Of a stretch of DNA of 64,000 nucleotides, positions 39,250-51,814 are shown one piece after another. The stretch lies in contig OX597826.1 of NCBI GenBank assembly GCA_951406725.2, positions 10,602,001 to 10,666,000 of the forward strand. The letters run 5' to 3'. This DNA comes from Octopus vulgaris. Taxonomy: Eukaryota. The position numbers were made by a program, and so were the translations under genes. The notes beneath the pieces are model-generated. The model had not been told where the DNA came from. It did not search any database and saw only the letters and a program-made list of their open reading frames with translations. Position 1 is the first letter of the stretch. The number at the start of each line of letters is the position of its first letter.

Positions 39250-40112
39250 CACACTGGTGCAGTGAACAAATTGTCTGAATTAAGCAAAAATCAAAATAAC
39301 ATCTCATTTTAATGGATATATTTACCAAAATTGCATAAAAATATCTTGAATTACTAAAGAGTAAATTTATTCAGTAAAATCGCTATTGACTTCAACCATG
39401 GCCTCCAGATGACTTTGGAATCTCCTGTAGCTATTTGAGATGGTCTCCTTGTTTAAGTTGGTGAACGCTGCCATAATCCTTGCCTTCAGCTCATCTTTGG
39501 TGTTATAAGGGAGTTTTGTTGGTCTCTCGTTCAACTGTGCCCCACACATAATAATCAAGGGGGTTGCAGTGTTGGGAGTGATGTGGTCACAGAAATTATC
39601 AGACAACTATGACTGGGTTCTCCTGCTTGTGTGACATGGTGCAGAGTCCTGTTGCCAGACATAAGGTCTTCCAGCAGCCACTCACTTCACCCAGGGCTGT
39701 ACTACCTCCTCCAGGCACTTGATGTAGGCCTCCATGTTGAGTCTGAGGCCATGTAGGAAAATGAATGGAAGCATAACATCGTCATCACTAGTGATCACTC
39801 CAAACACCATGATGTTGACTGGATGTTTGATTTGTATCACTCTTGATACATGTTTTGGGGACACAACAAGCCAACAGTTATTTTGTGTGTTCACCATCTG
39901 TTCGTATTGGAGCTTCTGATGCAAATGCTAGGCAGTACAGCATGTCGTTTCCAAATCTCTGGCAGAGTGAATTGCGTCATGGTGTTGTTTTCCTCACAGA
40001 TGGTGCCCAACTGACCCTACTATACTGTGTAGTTGACAAAATCACAAACAAACAATGTGCATGCACGAAATTAACAATATAAAATGGCAATAATTTACCC
40101 ATCACACCCTGT
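39250..40112 (-). mobile_element. Decayed Tc1/mariner-superfamily transposon (maT/DD37D-like)
   Basis: IMVFGVITSD..MLPFIF..GLRLNMEAYIKCLEEVVQPW, WQQDSAPCHTS, NTKDELKARI...RFQSHLEAMVE; right end reads tacagggtg on minus; left TIR degenerate. Confidence 0.8.
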
Positions 40113-41106
40113 ATACACACACACAGAGCAAGAACAAGAATGATGAAAATCATATCTTTTATTGTGATTACACCATACATTACCAGATATAATTTCCATT
40201 GTGCCAACATATTTAGATACAGAAAAAAATTGTATAAAATGTCAAATTGATATATCCGAAAATATGAGTTAACACAAAGTTATCTAGGAAATCCTAAATG
40301 GACTAAACTCAAAGTGATCTAAGAAAATATCTCCAATAGATGAACACAAACAAAAAGACAGTTAAGAGATATAATAGTCTAAGAAAAGCCAGTTTGGTAT
40401 TTAAATTTTGATGACATCGATAGATAATGATACAATAAAAAGTAAACATAAAAATTCTACATTATCTATCTAATAAATATGCTAAAAAAGATTTCTAGAA
40501 AAATTATGCATATTAGATTATAGGAAAAGCAATTATAATTAATATGTTAATTAATGCTGAAATATGTAAATACTTTTCTATATCTATGAGAATATTTCAG
40601 TGTAAAACCATTTCGTCAATTTAATCATTTTAATTTAGAAGTAATTATATAATACATTTCCTCAGACAAAGAGGAATTTATCAGTTTTGTATGATGGTGA
40701 GTAACTAATACTGGACCACTTTATAACACAGTTAATGTTCCTGTCTAAGATTTACTAAGATTTCTGGAATTACATTTCCTTCTAAACATAAATGAAGAAA
40801 AATGGCTATGTAATCTAGATGTCCAAATTGTAGCAGAACTTATGTAATAATACGTATGATCCCCTTACATTGATACACTATATTCGTCGTTAAACAGTGA
40901 TTTTTAAAGGACACATAATTTTGTTTTTGAAATTACAAAGACATTTATTCACTGATATATGACATTCAAGGCTAAAAGAAACAGCACTAATACTTCTCTC
41001 AGAAATAGGAGTTAAAGCATACACATGTTTAGTAGTAAATGTTGAGAAAAAAAGAGTACTCAATACCATGATAGATAGAGATTAGTGATATTTTATTTTG
41101 ATCAAG

Positions 41107-41225
41107 TCAGCCTCTTGTTACTCTGAATTTCACATGCAGGCACCCAGGATCTTCAGGGAAGTTGTAACAACTTCCCTGAAGATCCTGGGTGCCTGCAGGT
41201 GAAACTCAGAGGAGCAAGAGGCTGA
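41107..41225. repeat. Near-perfect 119-bp palindrome centred at 41166, adjoining a Penelope-like terminal sequence (41230-41375)
   Basis: tgcaggcacccaggatcttcagggaagttgt-a-acaacttccctgaagatcctgggtgcctgca is perfect; the outer arms have a few mismatches. The adjacent sequence matches 21360-21510 inverted. Confidence 0.9.
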
Positions 41226-41772
41226 GCAGCTGATGAAGGGAATATTCCTTATATTGTTTGTCTTATACTGTTTTTTTGTTTTTTCGTTGTTAAAAAAAGT
41301 CCGTTTCCTTGTTTGTTTTTATGTTTTCGTTTCTCGTTGTGTTCTACGTTTATTTGTGATGTCCTGTACTCATATATATATATATATATATATATGCATG
41401 TATATATACATATAGATGTACGTATGTACATATATGTATGTATGCATATGTTTTATTTCTTAAATATATACATATATACATATTTATGCGCATGGCTCAG
41501 TGGTTAGAGCATCGAGCTTACGATCGTGAGGTTGTGAGTTCGAATCCCAGACTGGGTTGCGTGTTGTGTTCTTGAACAAGACACTTTATTTCACTTTGCT
41601 CCAGTTCACTCAGCTGTAGAAATGAGTTGCGACGTCACAGGTGCCAAGCTGTATTGGCCCCTTTGCCTTTCCCTTGGATAACACTGGTGGCATGGAGAGG
41701 GGAGACCAGTATGCATAGGTGGTAACTTTCTAGGTGCAATCCCATAGTCAGTCATGACCGAAGGGGGTCTCA

Positions 41773-41876
<104 letters not shown>

Positions 41877-42464
41877 CAGGCACATGCTGCCAGTAATTAC
41901 TCAGGGTAGGTAGTTGGTGACCTTTATGTAGTAAAACACAAAAAAAAAAAACCAAATACAGGTGTGCGACAGAGTTGAAGCCGGATTTACTTCTGCCTTT
42001 ACAGCCCATAAAGAAAACCTTGTAAGAGTGAGTGTACACAGCACACTATGTAAAAGTTGGTGACACAAAGACCATCCAATTGCAAAATTTCCCTTAAAGT
42101 ATCAAAGTCCTTAACATATGTTTCTTTTCCATTATTATTTTTAACCCTTGAGCAGTCACATTACTCTGTCAAATGCAAAGCTTACATATTCACATTCATC
42201 ATCATCATCGTTTAATGTCCATTTTCCACGCTAGCACGGGTTGGACGGTTCGACCGGGGTCTGGGAAGCTAGGGGCTGCACCAGGCTCCAGTCTGATCTG
42301 GCAGTGTTTCTACAGCTGGATGCCCTTCCTAACGCCAACCACTCCGCGAGTGTAGTGGGTGCTTTTTACGTGCCACTGGCACAGGTGCCAGTCGGGAGTC
42401 TGGCATCGGCCACGATCGGTTGGTGCTTTTAAACGTGCAACTGGCACGGAAGCCAGCCAAGGCA

Positions 42465-43878
42465 GCGCTGGCAATGGCCACATTCGGATGGTGCTTTTTA
42501 TGTGCCACCGGTACAGAAGCCAGTCGAGGCAGCGCTAGCAATGGCCACATTCGGATGGTGCTTTTTATGTGCCACCGGTACAGAAGCCAGTCGAGGCAGT
42601 GCTGGCAATGGCCACATTCAGATGGTGCTTTTTATGTGCCACCGGTACAGAAGCCAGTCGAGGCAGCGCTGGCAATGGCCACATTCGGATGGTGCTTTTT
42701 ATGTGCCACCGGTACAGAAGCCAGTCGAGGCAGCGCTGGCAATGGCCACATTCGGATGGTGCTTTTTATGTGCCACCGGTACAGAAGCCAGTCGAGGCAG
42801 CGCTGGCAATGGCCACATTCGGATGGTGCTTTTTATGTGCCACCGGTACAGAAGCCAGTCGAGGCAGCGCTGGCAATGGCCACATTCGGATGGTGCTTTT
42901 TATGTGCCACCGGTACAGAAGCCAGTCGAGGCAGCGCTGGCAATGGCCACATTCGGATGGTGCTTTTTATGTGCCACCGGCACAGAAGCCAGTCGAAGCA
43001 GCGCTGGCAATGGCCACATTCGGATGGTGCTTTTTATGTGCCACCGGCACAGAAGCCAGTCGAAGCAGCGCTGGCAATGGCCACATTCGGATGGTGCTTT
43101 TTATGTGCCACCGGTACAGAAGCCAGTCGAGGCAGCGCTGGCAATGGCCACATTCGGATGGTGCTTTTTATGTGCCACCGGCACAGAAGCCAGTCGAGGC
43201 AGCGCTGGCAATGGCCACATTCGGATGGTGCTTTTTATGTGCCACCGGTACAGAAGCCAGTCGAGGCAGCGCTGGCAATGGCCACATTCGGATGGTGCTT
43301 TTTATGTGCCACCGGTACAGAAGCCAGTCGAGGCAGCGCTGGCAATGGCCACATTCGGATGGTGCTTTTTATGTGCCACCGGTACAGAAGCCAGTCGAGG
43401 CAGCGCTGGCAATGGCCACATTCGGATGGTGCTTTTTATGTGCCACCGGTACAGAAGCCAGTCGAGGCAGCGCTGGCAATGGCCACATTCGGATGGTGCT
43501 TTTTATGTGCCACCGGTACAGAAGCCAGTCGAGGCAGCGCTGGCAATGGTCACATTCGGATGGTGCTTTTTATGTGCCACCGGTTCAGAAGCCAGTCGAG
43601 GCAGCGCTGGCAATGGCCACATTCGGATGGTGCTTTTTATGTGCCACCGGTACAGAAGCCAGTCGAGGCAGCGCTGGCAATGGCCACATTCGGATGGTGC
43701 TTTTTATGTGCCACCGGTACAGAAGCCAGTCGAGGCAGCGCTGGCAATGGCCACATTCGGATGGTGCTTTTTATGTGCCACCGGTACAGAAGCCAGTCGA
43801 GGCAGCGCTGGCAATGGCCACATTCGGATGGTGCTTTTTATGTGCCACCGGTACAGAAGCCAGTCGAGGCGGCGCTGG
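42465..43878. repeat. Minisatellite, 67-bp unit, about 21 near-identical copies, inside a minus-strand RTE 3' UTR (from 42195)
   Basis: Unit gtgccaccggtacagaagccagtcgaggcagcgctggcaatggccacattcggatggtgctttttat; ORF starts 42502 and 42569 give the period. Confidence 0.97.
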
Positions 43879-44010
43879 ATTTGAAACTAATTTGACTATT
43901 AATTCTAGCAAGTTTGGTGATCATAAATTAAAACGGTAGTCTTAATATTAATGAAGTCATCGGTTAGTTAATAAGAACTGATTAATGAATGAACGTAGAT
44001 GTACACTTAC

Positions 44011-44160
44011 TTTCTCCATTCACTTGGATCTCCCGAGTCATCACAGGACCATCACCTATACTCGTCGAAGATTTCACCCACACTAAATATTTATCTTTGG
44101 GTAAATTATCAATTACGTATTTCTTTTGCTTCTTTGATATATACCTCTTTTGGATTTTAT
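44011..44160 (-). CDS. Cytokine receptor exon, FN3-d C-half: (D)KIQKRYISKKQKKYVIDNLPKDKYLVWVKSSTSIGDGPVMTREIQVNGE
   Basis: ttttttttcAG acceptor, GTAAGT donor; 150 nt, phase 1 to 1; Y-x-I-x-N-L...Y-x-V-x-V...G-D-G-P FN3 end. Confidence 0.9.
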
Positions 44161-45734
44161 CTGAAAAAAAATGAAAGGAAACAAAAAATATAAAAAACAA
44201 AAAAACACTGACAATGGCCACCACCACAATTATTATTACTTTGTTTTAAACAGGAGCCATATACCAAAAAAATATTTCAATCTTCAGCCTTCAGATTTAG
44301 CCTGAGAACAATTTTAGAACGCTGTCAAGGGGGATGAAATATTGGTATTTAACACAAGCACAAAGTCCTGCATTTTAACTCTTTTCATATCTGTTTCTTT
44401 ACTACCCACAAGGGGCTAAACATAGAGGGGACAAACAAGGACAGACAAACGGATTAAGTCGATTACATCGAACCCCAGTGTGTAACTGGTACTTAATTTA
44501 TCGACCCCGAAAGGATGAAAGGCAAAGTCGACCTCAACGGAATTTGAACTCAGAACGCAATGACAAACGCAATACTGCTAAGCATTTCGCCCGGTGTGCT
44601 AACGTTTCTGCCAGCTCACCGCCTTTTCATATCAATTCATCTAAGACTGCCTCTGGTTGTGTAATACAAAATCATTTGATTTAAAGTATCATCATCATAA
44701 CATCCGTTTTCCATGCTGGTATGAGTTGGACAGTTTGACATGCAGCTGGCCAGCGGGGGGGGGGGACACTGTCCAAACTGCAGCTGTCTGTTGTGGCATA
44801 ATTTCTACAGCTGGATGCCCTTCCTAATGCCAACCACTTTACAGAGTGTGCTGGGTGCATTTTACATGCCACCAGCATGGTTGCGTTTATGGAGCAGTTG
44901 CATGAGTGCATTTTATGTGTCACCAGTACCGGTAAAGGACAAGCCTGTATGTTACTTAAATTCTACCTTTCTATCATAATTCTATGACAAACGGAACTAT
45001 TGCTAAAATTATGTTCTAAACACTTTCTTAATAAGGGGAAAATTACTTATTTTACTAAAGCCTTTCGAAGTCTTGACTACTTTGGAAATTACACGAAGCA
45101 TTTTGGCAATGCATAGGCAGGGGCAAGGTTGTATGGTTAAGAAGTTCCACTTCACAACCACAAGGTTCTGAGTTCAGTTCTGCTGTGAGGTACCTTGGGC
45201 AAGCATCTTCCCTCATTAGCCTAGGTCAACCAACACCTTGTGAATGAATTTGGTAGATGGAAACTGTTGAAACTCATGAGTACATGTGAATGCATTTTTG
45301 TGTTTATTTCTCACCAGGCATGGCTAAGTGGTAAGAAGCTTGCTTCACAAATACATGGTTCTGAGTTCAGTCCCACTTCATGGCACCTTAGGCAAATGTC
45401 ATCTTATTTCTTTGCTGCCGACAATGGGCTAAACATAGAGGGGACAAACAAGGACAGACAAAGGGATTAAGTTGATTGCATCGACCCCCAGTGCGTAACT
45501 GATACTTAATTAATCAACCCCGAAAGGATGAAATGCTAAGTCGACCGTGGCGGAATTTGAACTCAGAACAAAACAGCAGGCGAAATACCACTAGGCATTT
45601 CGCTTGGCATGCTAACGTTTCTGCCAGCTCGCTACCTGCATCATCTTCTATAGCCCTGGGCAAACCAAAGCCTTGTGAGTGGATATGGTAGACTGAAAGA
45701 AGCCGGTCATGTGTGTGTGTGTGTATATATATAT

Positions 45735-46490
45735 CATCATCATCATTATTTAACATCCGTTATCCATGCTGGCATGGGTTGGATGGTTTGACCAGGGCTG
45801 GCAAGCTGGAAAGCTGCACCAGACTCCAGTCTGATTCGATATGGTTTCTATGGCTTGGATGCCCTTCCTAACGCCAACCACTCTGAGAGTGTAAAGGGTG
45901 CTTTTACGTGCCACTGGCATGGATGCCATTTGCATGACCCCATTATCTGCTATGACAGCTATTTTACTTGACTTGATGGGTCTTCTTGAGCAGGATATAT
46001 GCCAAAGGTCTTGGTCATTGCATCTGTGAGGCCCAACACTAGAAAGGTGCTTTTTAGGTGCCAGTTACGTGACACCAGCATCAGCCACAAATACATTTTC
46101 ACTTGGCTTGACAAGTCTTCTCAAGCAGAGCATACTGCCAAAGGTCTTGGTCACTAGTTATTACCTCTATGAGGCCCAAAGTTTGAAGATCATGCTTCAC
46201 CACCTAGTCCCATGTCTTCCTGGGTCTACCTCTTCCACAGCTTCCCTCTACAGGGTCCTTCTTTATACAGCTGTCCTTGTCCAGTGCAGTCGTCTCTCTT
46301 GCACACCACATCTGATGTCTCTTATGCCCAAATTTTCTCTGGAGATGCTTACACTCTGTTGAACATGCACACTGACATTGCACAGCCAATGAAGCATACT
46401 GGTTTCATTTCTTTCAAGCCTACACATGTCCTTGGCTGTCACAGCCCAAGTTTCACTACCATGTAGCATACCTGTTTGCACATAGGCGTA
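45735..46490 (-). mobile_element. 5'-truncated RTE LINE copy
   Basis: MLHGSETWAVTAKDMCRLERNETSMLHWLCNV...GRGRPRKTWD in track ORFs 46263..46493 and 46204..46389. Confidence 0.85.
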
Positions 46491-47136
46491 CATTTTTCTG
46501 GAAATTTATAGTAGGACCAGGGCAAAAATGGGTTGGGAAACATTGATTTAAACCTCTGCAAGCAGTTCCCTAGCATGGCCATAGTTCAATGACTGAGACC
46601 AGTAAAAGAATCAAAAGGAGTCAGAGTGCAGTTCATTAAAAATATTGTCAAATGTAATGTTTATATATTTATATTGTTTTGAATTTATCATGCATTATCT
46701 TGTACTTCAGAGATGTCAATGATATAATCGCTTAGTTTTAGAATGATATTGTAAGGATGAGGTGAGAGGCCAGATCTGGCCAGGTAAGGTCGGTTTGAAT
46801 GCTACAGGGTCAAGGGAGGAGAGTTAAAAAAATCATTCCCAGCAATTGACGGAAGATGGAATAAAAAAAATTGAAATATGGTTCTGACCCCATGCTTGCA
46901 TGGAAAGTGGATGTGACATGATGATGATGATGATGAAACTAGTCCTTTTGTTACCATATCTAGGTTGAAACATACTGCCTTTGTTTCAATTAATTTCAAA
47001 ATACTTACCTGTATTCATTACTACTCTACTTCTAACTAAGTATTGAGTTACATAGTCTTTATATCCATTTTTGGCTAAAGGTGAACTTAGCCATTCAATA
47101 ATTATAGATTGATAAAGATGTATCACACCAAGAACT

Positions 47137-47434
47137 GAGATCAATGTCATGTGATCACATGACCGAGCAAGCTATCAGATGTTGTTACACATCGCTGGTC
47201 ACAATGCATTTTTATTCTTTTTGCATTGCTTTAGCCTTCAAATGACCCCACCCCCAGAGGCTAGGTGAGCAGACCAACATTCCCCTACTGACCAAAAGGG
47301 GAACTGGAGCAACATGAAATGAAGTGTTTCACTCAAGAACTCAATGTGCTGCCTAATCAGGGAACGGAACCAATGATCTAGCAACTGTGAGCGCAGCAGC
47401 CTAACCACTGGGCCACATGCCTAGAGATCAATGT
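47137..47434 (-). mobile_element. SINE (family C-related) with 11-bp target-site duplication gagatcaatgt
   Basis: TSD at 47137-47147 and 47424-47434; body resembles 54050-54350. Confidence 0.8.
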
Positions 47435-47523
47435 AACTGACTAAGACCCCTGCAAATGGTGCCTAAGCATGGCCACAAACCAAATGCGAAAACTTGTAAA
47501 AAAAAATTAGAATATGTACGTAC

Positions 47524-47673
47524 CTTTACAATTTGTTTTATTAAAAGAAACACAGTAAGACACTACATAATTAGTAAGGTAGGCTTTCTCAATGTAGCAG
47601 TTATAATGGTCCCATTCTACAATAAGAGTGCCGTCTTTAGCATTAACTCTAAACTCTACAGGGTTTTCAGGTT
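47524..47673 (-). CDS. Cytokine receptor exon, FN3-d N-half: (K)PENPVEFRVNAKDGTLIVEWDHYNCYIEKAYLTNYVVSYCVSFNKTNCK
   Basis: atttcAG acceptor, AAG|GTACGT donor; 150 nt, phase 1 to 1. Confidence 0.9.
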
Positions 47674-47769
47674 CTGAAATTAAAGAAAGAAAAAACAAAA
47701 TGGTGAATTCTTTTAATGAACACAGGGAAAATGAAATAGTAAATTATTTGGTGCTGGTGAAGTAAACAA

Positions 47770-47801
<32 letters not shown>

Positions 47802-48348
47802 CATATTATTATCATCACTATTATTATCAATATTATTATCATATTATTATTATTATCACTATTATTATTATTATCATTATTATCATGATCATTAGTATTA
47901 TCACTATTATTATCATCATCATTATTATTATCACTATTATTATCATTATTATTATTATTATCATTATTATTATTATTATTATCATTATTATTATCATTAT
48001 TATTATTATTATCCTTATTATTATTATTATCCTTATTATTATTATTATTATTATTACCATTATCATTATTATTATTATCATTATTATTATCCTTATTATT
48101 ATTATTATTATTATCATTATTATTATTATCATTATTATTATCATTATTATTATTATTATCATTATTATTATTATTATCCTTATTATTATTATTATTATCA
48201 TTATTATTATTATTATCCTTATTATTATTATTATTATTATTATTATCATTATTATTATTATTATCCTTATTATTATTATCATTATTATTATTATTATTAT
48301 CATTATTATTATTATTATTTATTATTATTATCATTATTATTATTATTA

Positions 48349-48388
<40 letters not shown>

Positions 48389-48429
48389 CATTATTATTAT
48401 TATCATTATTATTATCATTATTATTATTA

Positions 48430-48478
<49 letters not shown>

Positions 48479-48702
48479 CATTTATTATTATTATTATTAT
48501 CATTATATTATTATTATTATTATCATTATTATTATTATTATCTTATTATTATTATTATTATTATTATCATTATTATTATCCTTATTATCATTATTATTAT
48601 TATCATTATTATTATTATTATCATTATTATTATTATTATTATTATTATTTATTATTATTATCCTTATTATTATTATTATTATTATTATCATTATTATTAT
48701 TA
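47770..48702. repeat. Long (ATT/ATC)n trinucleotide microsatellite (~930 bp); further tracts to 49275
   Basis: Direct reading; source of poly-I/N/Y ORFs. Confidence 0.97.
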
Positions 48703-49430
48703 AGGTGGGAATCTGGCAGAATCATTGGCGGCACACTGGGCAAAATGCTTGCTTTACAGCATTTTGTCCACATTTATATTCTGACTGTGCCATTCTTCTT
48801 TCAAGGTCGATAAACTAAGCATCAGTCAAGTTCTGGGGTTGATGATATCAACTTGTTTCCTCTCCAACAAAATTTCAGGTCTTGTGTCTATAGTAGAAAG
48901 GGTTATTATTAACAGTATTATATTTAAGGCAGTGTGCTAGCAGAATCTTATTATTATTATTATCATTATTATTATTATCATTATTATTATCATTATTATT
49001 ATTATTATCATTCAAATCCTGCCAAAGTCAACTTTTCATCCTTTCAGGATTGATAAAATTTAGTATCAATCAAGTACTAGGATTGATGGAATTGACTTAT
49101 TATCATTATTATTATTATTATCCTTATTATTATTATCCTTATTATTATTATTATCATTATTATTATTATCCTTATTATTATTATTATCATTATTATTATT
49201 ATTATTATCTAAAAGTTCCCAGACTAGTTCTGTACTGCATCAACAAATAGTAATAATAATAATAATAATAATAAGGTATACTGGGCTTCATATATTTTAC
49301 CCCAGTGTCACTTTGATGGCATGCACTGGTCTCACACTCAATAATAATAATAATAATAATAATAATAGCAACAACAACAACATCAAAAAATACCCTAGGA
49401 ATGAGAACCCAGGTTCGAAATTTCCTCAAG

Positions 49431-49474
49431 ACACCTGATGAAGGCTGGAGGGTATATCAGCTGAAACGTTGTGT
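49431..49474 (+). ncRNA. Minimal type I hammerhead ribozyme motif (Penelope-type)
   Basis: ACAC CTGATGA A GGCTG gagggtatat CAGCT GAAA CGTT GTGT: intact CUGANGA/GAAA core, stems I and II, palindromic AACGTT in place of stem III. Confidence 0.65.
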
Positions 49475-49637
49475 TAACAACAAACAAGATGAGGACAAAT
49501 ATCCGTCAAATGTAAATAATGTAAATAATGTAAATAATGTACATAATTCCTCATTTCTTAATTATAGAACTGTAATATGCATACAGATATATATATATAT
49601 CTGTATATATATATGTGTATATACATATATCTGTGTA

Positions 49638-49678
<41 letters not shown>

Positions 49679-50628
49679 CTGTATATATAAGCGTAGGAGT
49701 GGCTGTGTGGTAAGTATAGGCATAGGTGCTCCAGCATGGCTGCAGTCAAAATGACTGAAACAAGTAAAAGAATAAAAGAATGGTTGTGTATGTGTACATT
49801 TAGTGTGTATTCTTGTCTTGAGATCATGTGATGGTTGTAAACAAACATTGTTGTCATACAAATGATGTTGCTTGCTTTCAGTCTCCCATGGAAAACATGT
49901 CTGGCCTATTAAAGTGTAACTGTGCTTGGATACAGGTGAAGGCTGGTAACAGGAAGGGCATCTAACTGCAGAAAATCTGCCTCACCAAATCCATCTGACA
50001 CCAGTGGAAGCATGAAAAAATGGGTGTTAAACAATGAAGATTTCATACCTCATTTTCCAAGCTGACATGAATTGTGTATGTCGACCATATGTACATACTC
50101 TCTTTACTCTCTTTTACTTGTTTCAGTCATTTGACTGCGGCCATGCTGGAGCACCACATTTAGTCGAGCAAATCGACCCCGGGACTTATTCTTTGTAAGC
50201 CCAGTACTTATTCTATCGGTCTCTTTTGCCAAACCGCTAAATGATGGGGGACATAAACACACCAGCATCAGTAGTGAAGCAATGCTAGGGGGACACACAC
50301 AGACACACACACATACATATATATATACATATATACGACAGGCTTCTTTCAGTTTCCGTCTACCAAATCCACCCACAAGGCATTGGTCAGCCCGGGGCTA
50401 TGGCAGAAGACACTTGCCCAAGATGCCACGCAGTGGGACTGAACCCAGAACCATGTGGTTGGTTAGCAAGCTACTTACCACACAGCCACTCCTACGCCTA
50501 TGTATTTGTTCATACAATAAAAAATTTTTAAAAAAACAGAAAAAAAAACAAAACAGGAAGAGAAGCAGACAAGAAAAAAGGAGTCACAAAGTGACAGAAA
50601 AGGTAAAAAAAGTTGGGGTAAAATATAC

Positions 50629-50782
50629 TTTTTAAAATGAATAGACATGGCGACCAAATCAATCCACTGGATCCTTCGTCATTTTCTGCTGACACAGCAA
50701 AACTGTATGAATTAACATCTGTATTCATTGACAGATTCTTTGAGGTTTCATTACCATTCACATAACTCCAAGTGCAGTTTCT
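50629..50782 (-). CDS. Cytokine receptor exon, FN3-c C-half: RNCTWSYVNGNETSKNLSMNTDVNSYSFAVSAENDEGSSGLIWSPCLFILK
   Basis: cttcatccAG acceptor, GTATAT donor; 154 nt, phase 0 to 1; Y-x-FAVSA...SSG-x-x-W-x-x-C resembles the motif in invertebrate Domeless receptors. Confidence 0.9.
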
Positions 50783-51783
50783 CTGGATGAAGGAGAAATG
50801 GAGAAGAACATCATTTGTCTGTTCAAGAAAAATTAATTGGCTCATCAAGGAAACTTTCTTTCTTACCTTCTTCAAAATGGGAGATTTTTTTTAATACTTT
50901 CAATACCAAACTGCCTGAGGCTAATCCTAGGTCTGTGACACATGTTTTAAAATGATTTAAATTAAAACCTTTCATCACAATTTCATGTTAATTTATGTCC
51001 TAAACAACAGCTTAATAACGACAAAGTTATTTTGCGAAATATTTAATTATTTCCTAAATAAATTGATGTAAAATGGTTGTGTATTTCTACAGAAATCATC
51101 GTCATCATCGTTTAACGTCTGTTCTCCATGCCAGAAGGCTGCACCAGGCTCCAATCTTGATCTGGCAGAGTTTCTACAGCTTGATGCCCTTCCTAACACC
51201 AACCACTCCGTGAGTGTAGTGGGTGCTTTTTACGTGCCACCTGCACAGGTGCCAGGTGAGGCTGGCAACGGCCATGGTCGGATTGGTGCATTTTATGTGC
51301 CACTGGCACAGAAGCCAGTCGAGGCGGCACTGGCATCGGCCACGATTCGGAAAATAAAGTTCACTTTGAAGGCAGAAAACTGGCAGAATCATAAGCAAGC
51401 CAGGCAAAATGCTTAGTGGTGCTTTGTCCCTCTTTATGTTCCCAGTTCAAATTCTGCAGAGATCCACTTGGCCTTTCAGCTTTTCAGGGTCGGTAAAATA
51501 AGAACAACACTGAGGTCAATAACATCAACTTATGCTATCACCACAAATTACTGACCCTAAAAAAAATCTTTTTAATCTTTTACTTGTTTCAGTCATTTGA
51601 CTGTGGCCATGCTGGAGAACTGCCTTTTAGTTGAGCAACTCGCCCCTAGGACTTATTTGTCGTAAGCCTAGTACTTATTCTATCGGTCTCTATTGCTGAA
51701 CCGCTAAGTTACGGTGACATAAACACACCAGCATTGGTTGTCAAGTGATGGTGGTGGAGACAAACACAGACACACGAACATAT

Positions 51784-51814
<31 letters not shown>

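Noticed and set aside
39977-40210. Hydrophobic ORF as an alternative transmembrane exon
   Set aside because: No convincing splice sites found and it runs across the end of the Tc1/maT element.
42465-43878. CRISPR-like array
   Set aside because: Units are contiguous and near-identical with no unique spacers; eukaryotic context and no cas genes. Same for 24935-25770.
42420-43939. Three overlapping ORFs of 456-491 aa
   Set aside because: Artefact of a stop-free 67-bp tandem unit; all three frames give the same permuted peptide.
47801-48703. Poly-Ile/Asn/Tyr ORFs
   Set aside because: (ATT)n microsatellite.
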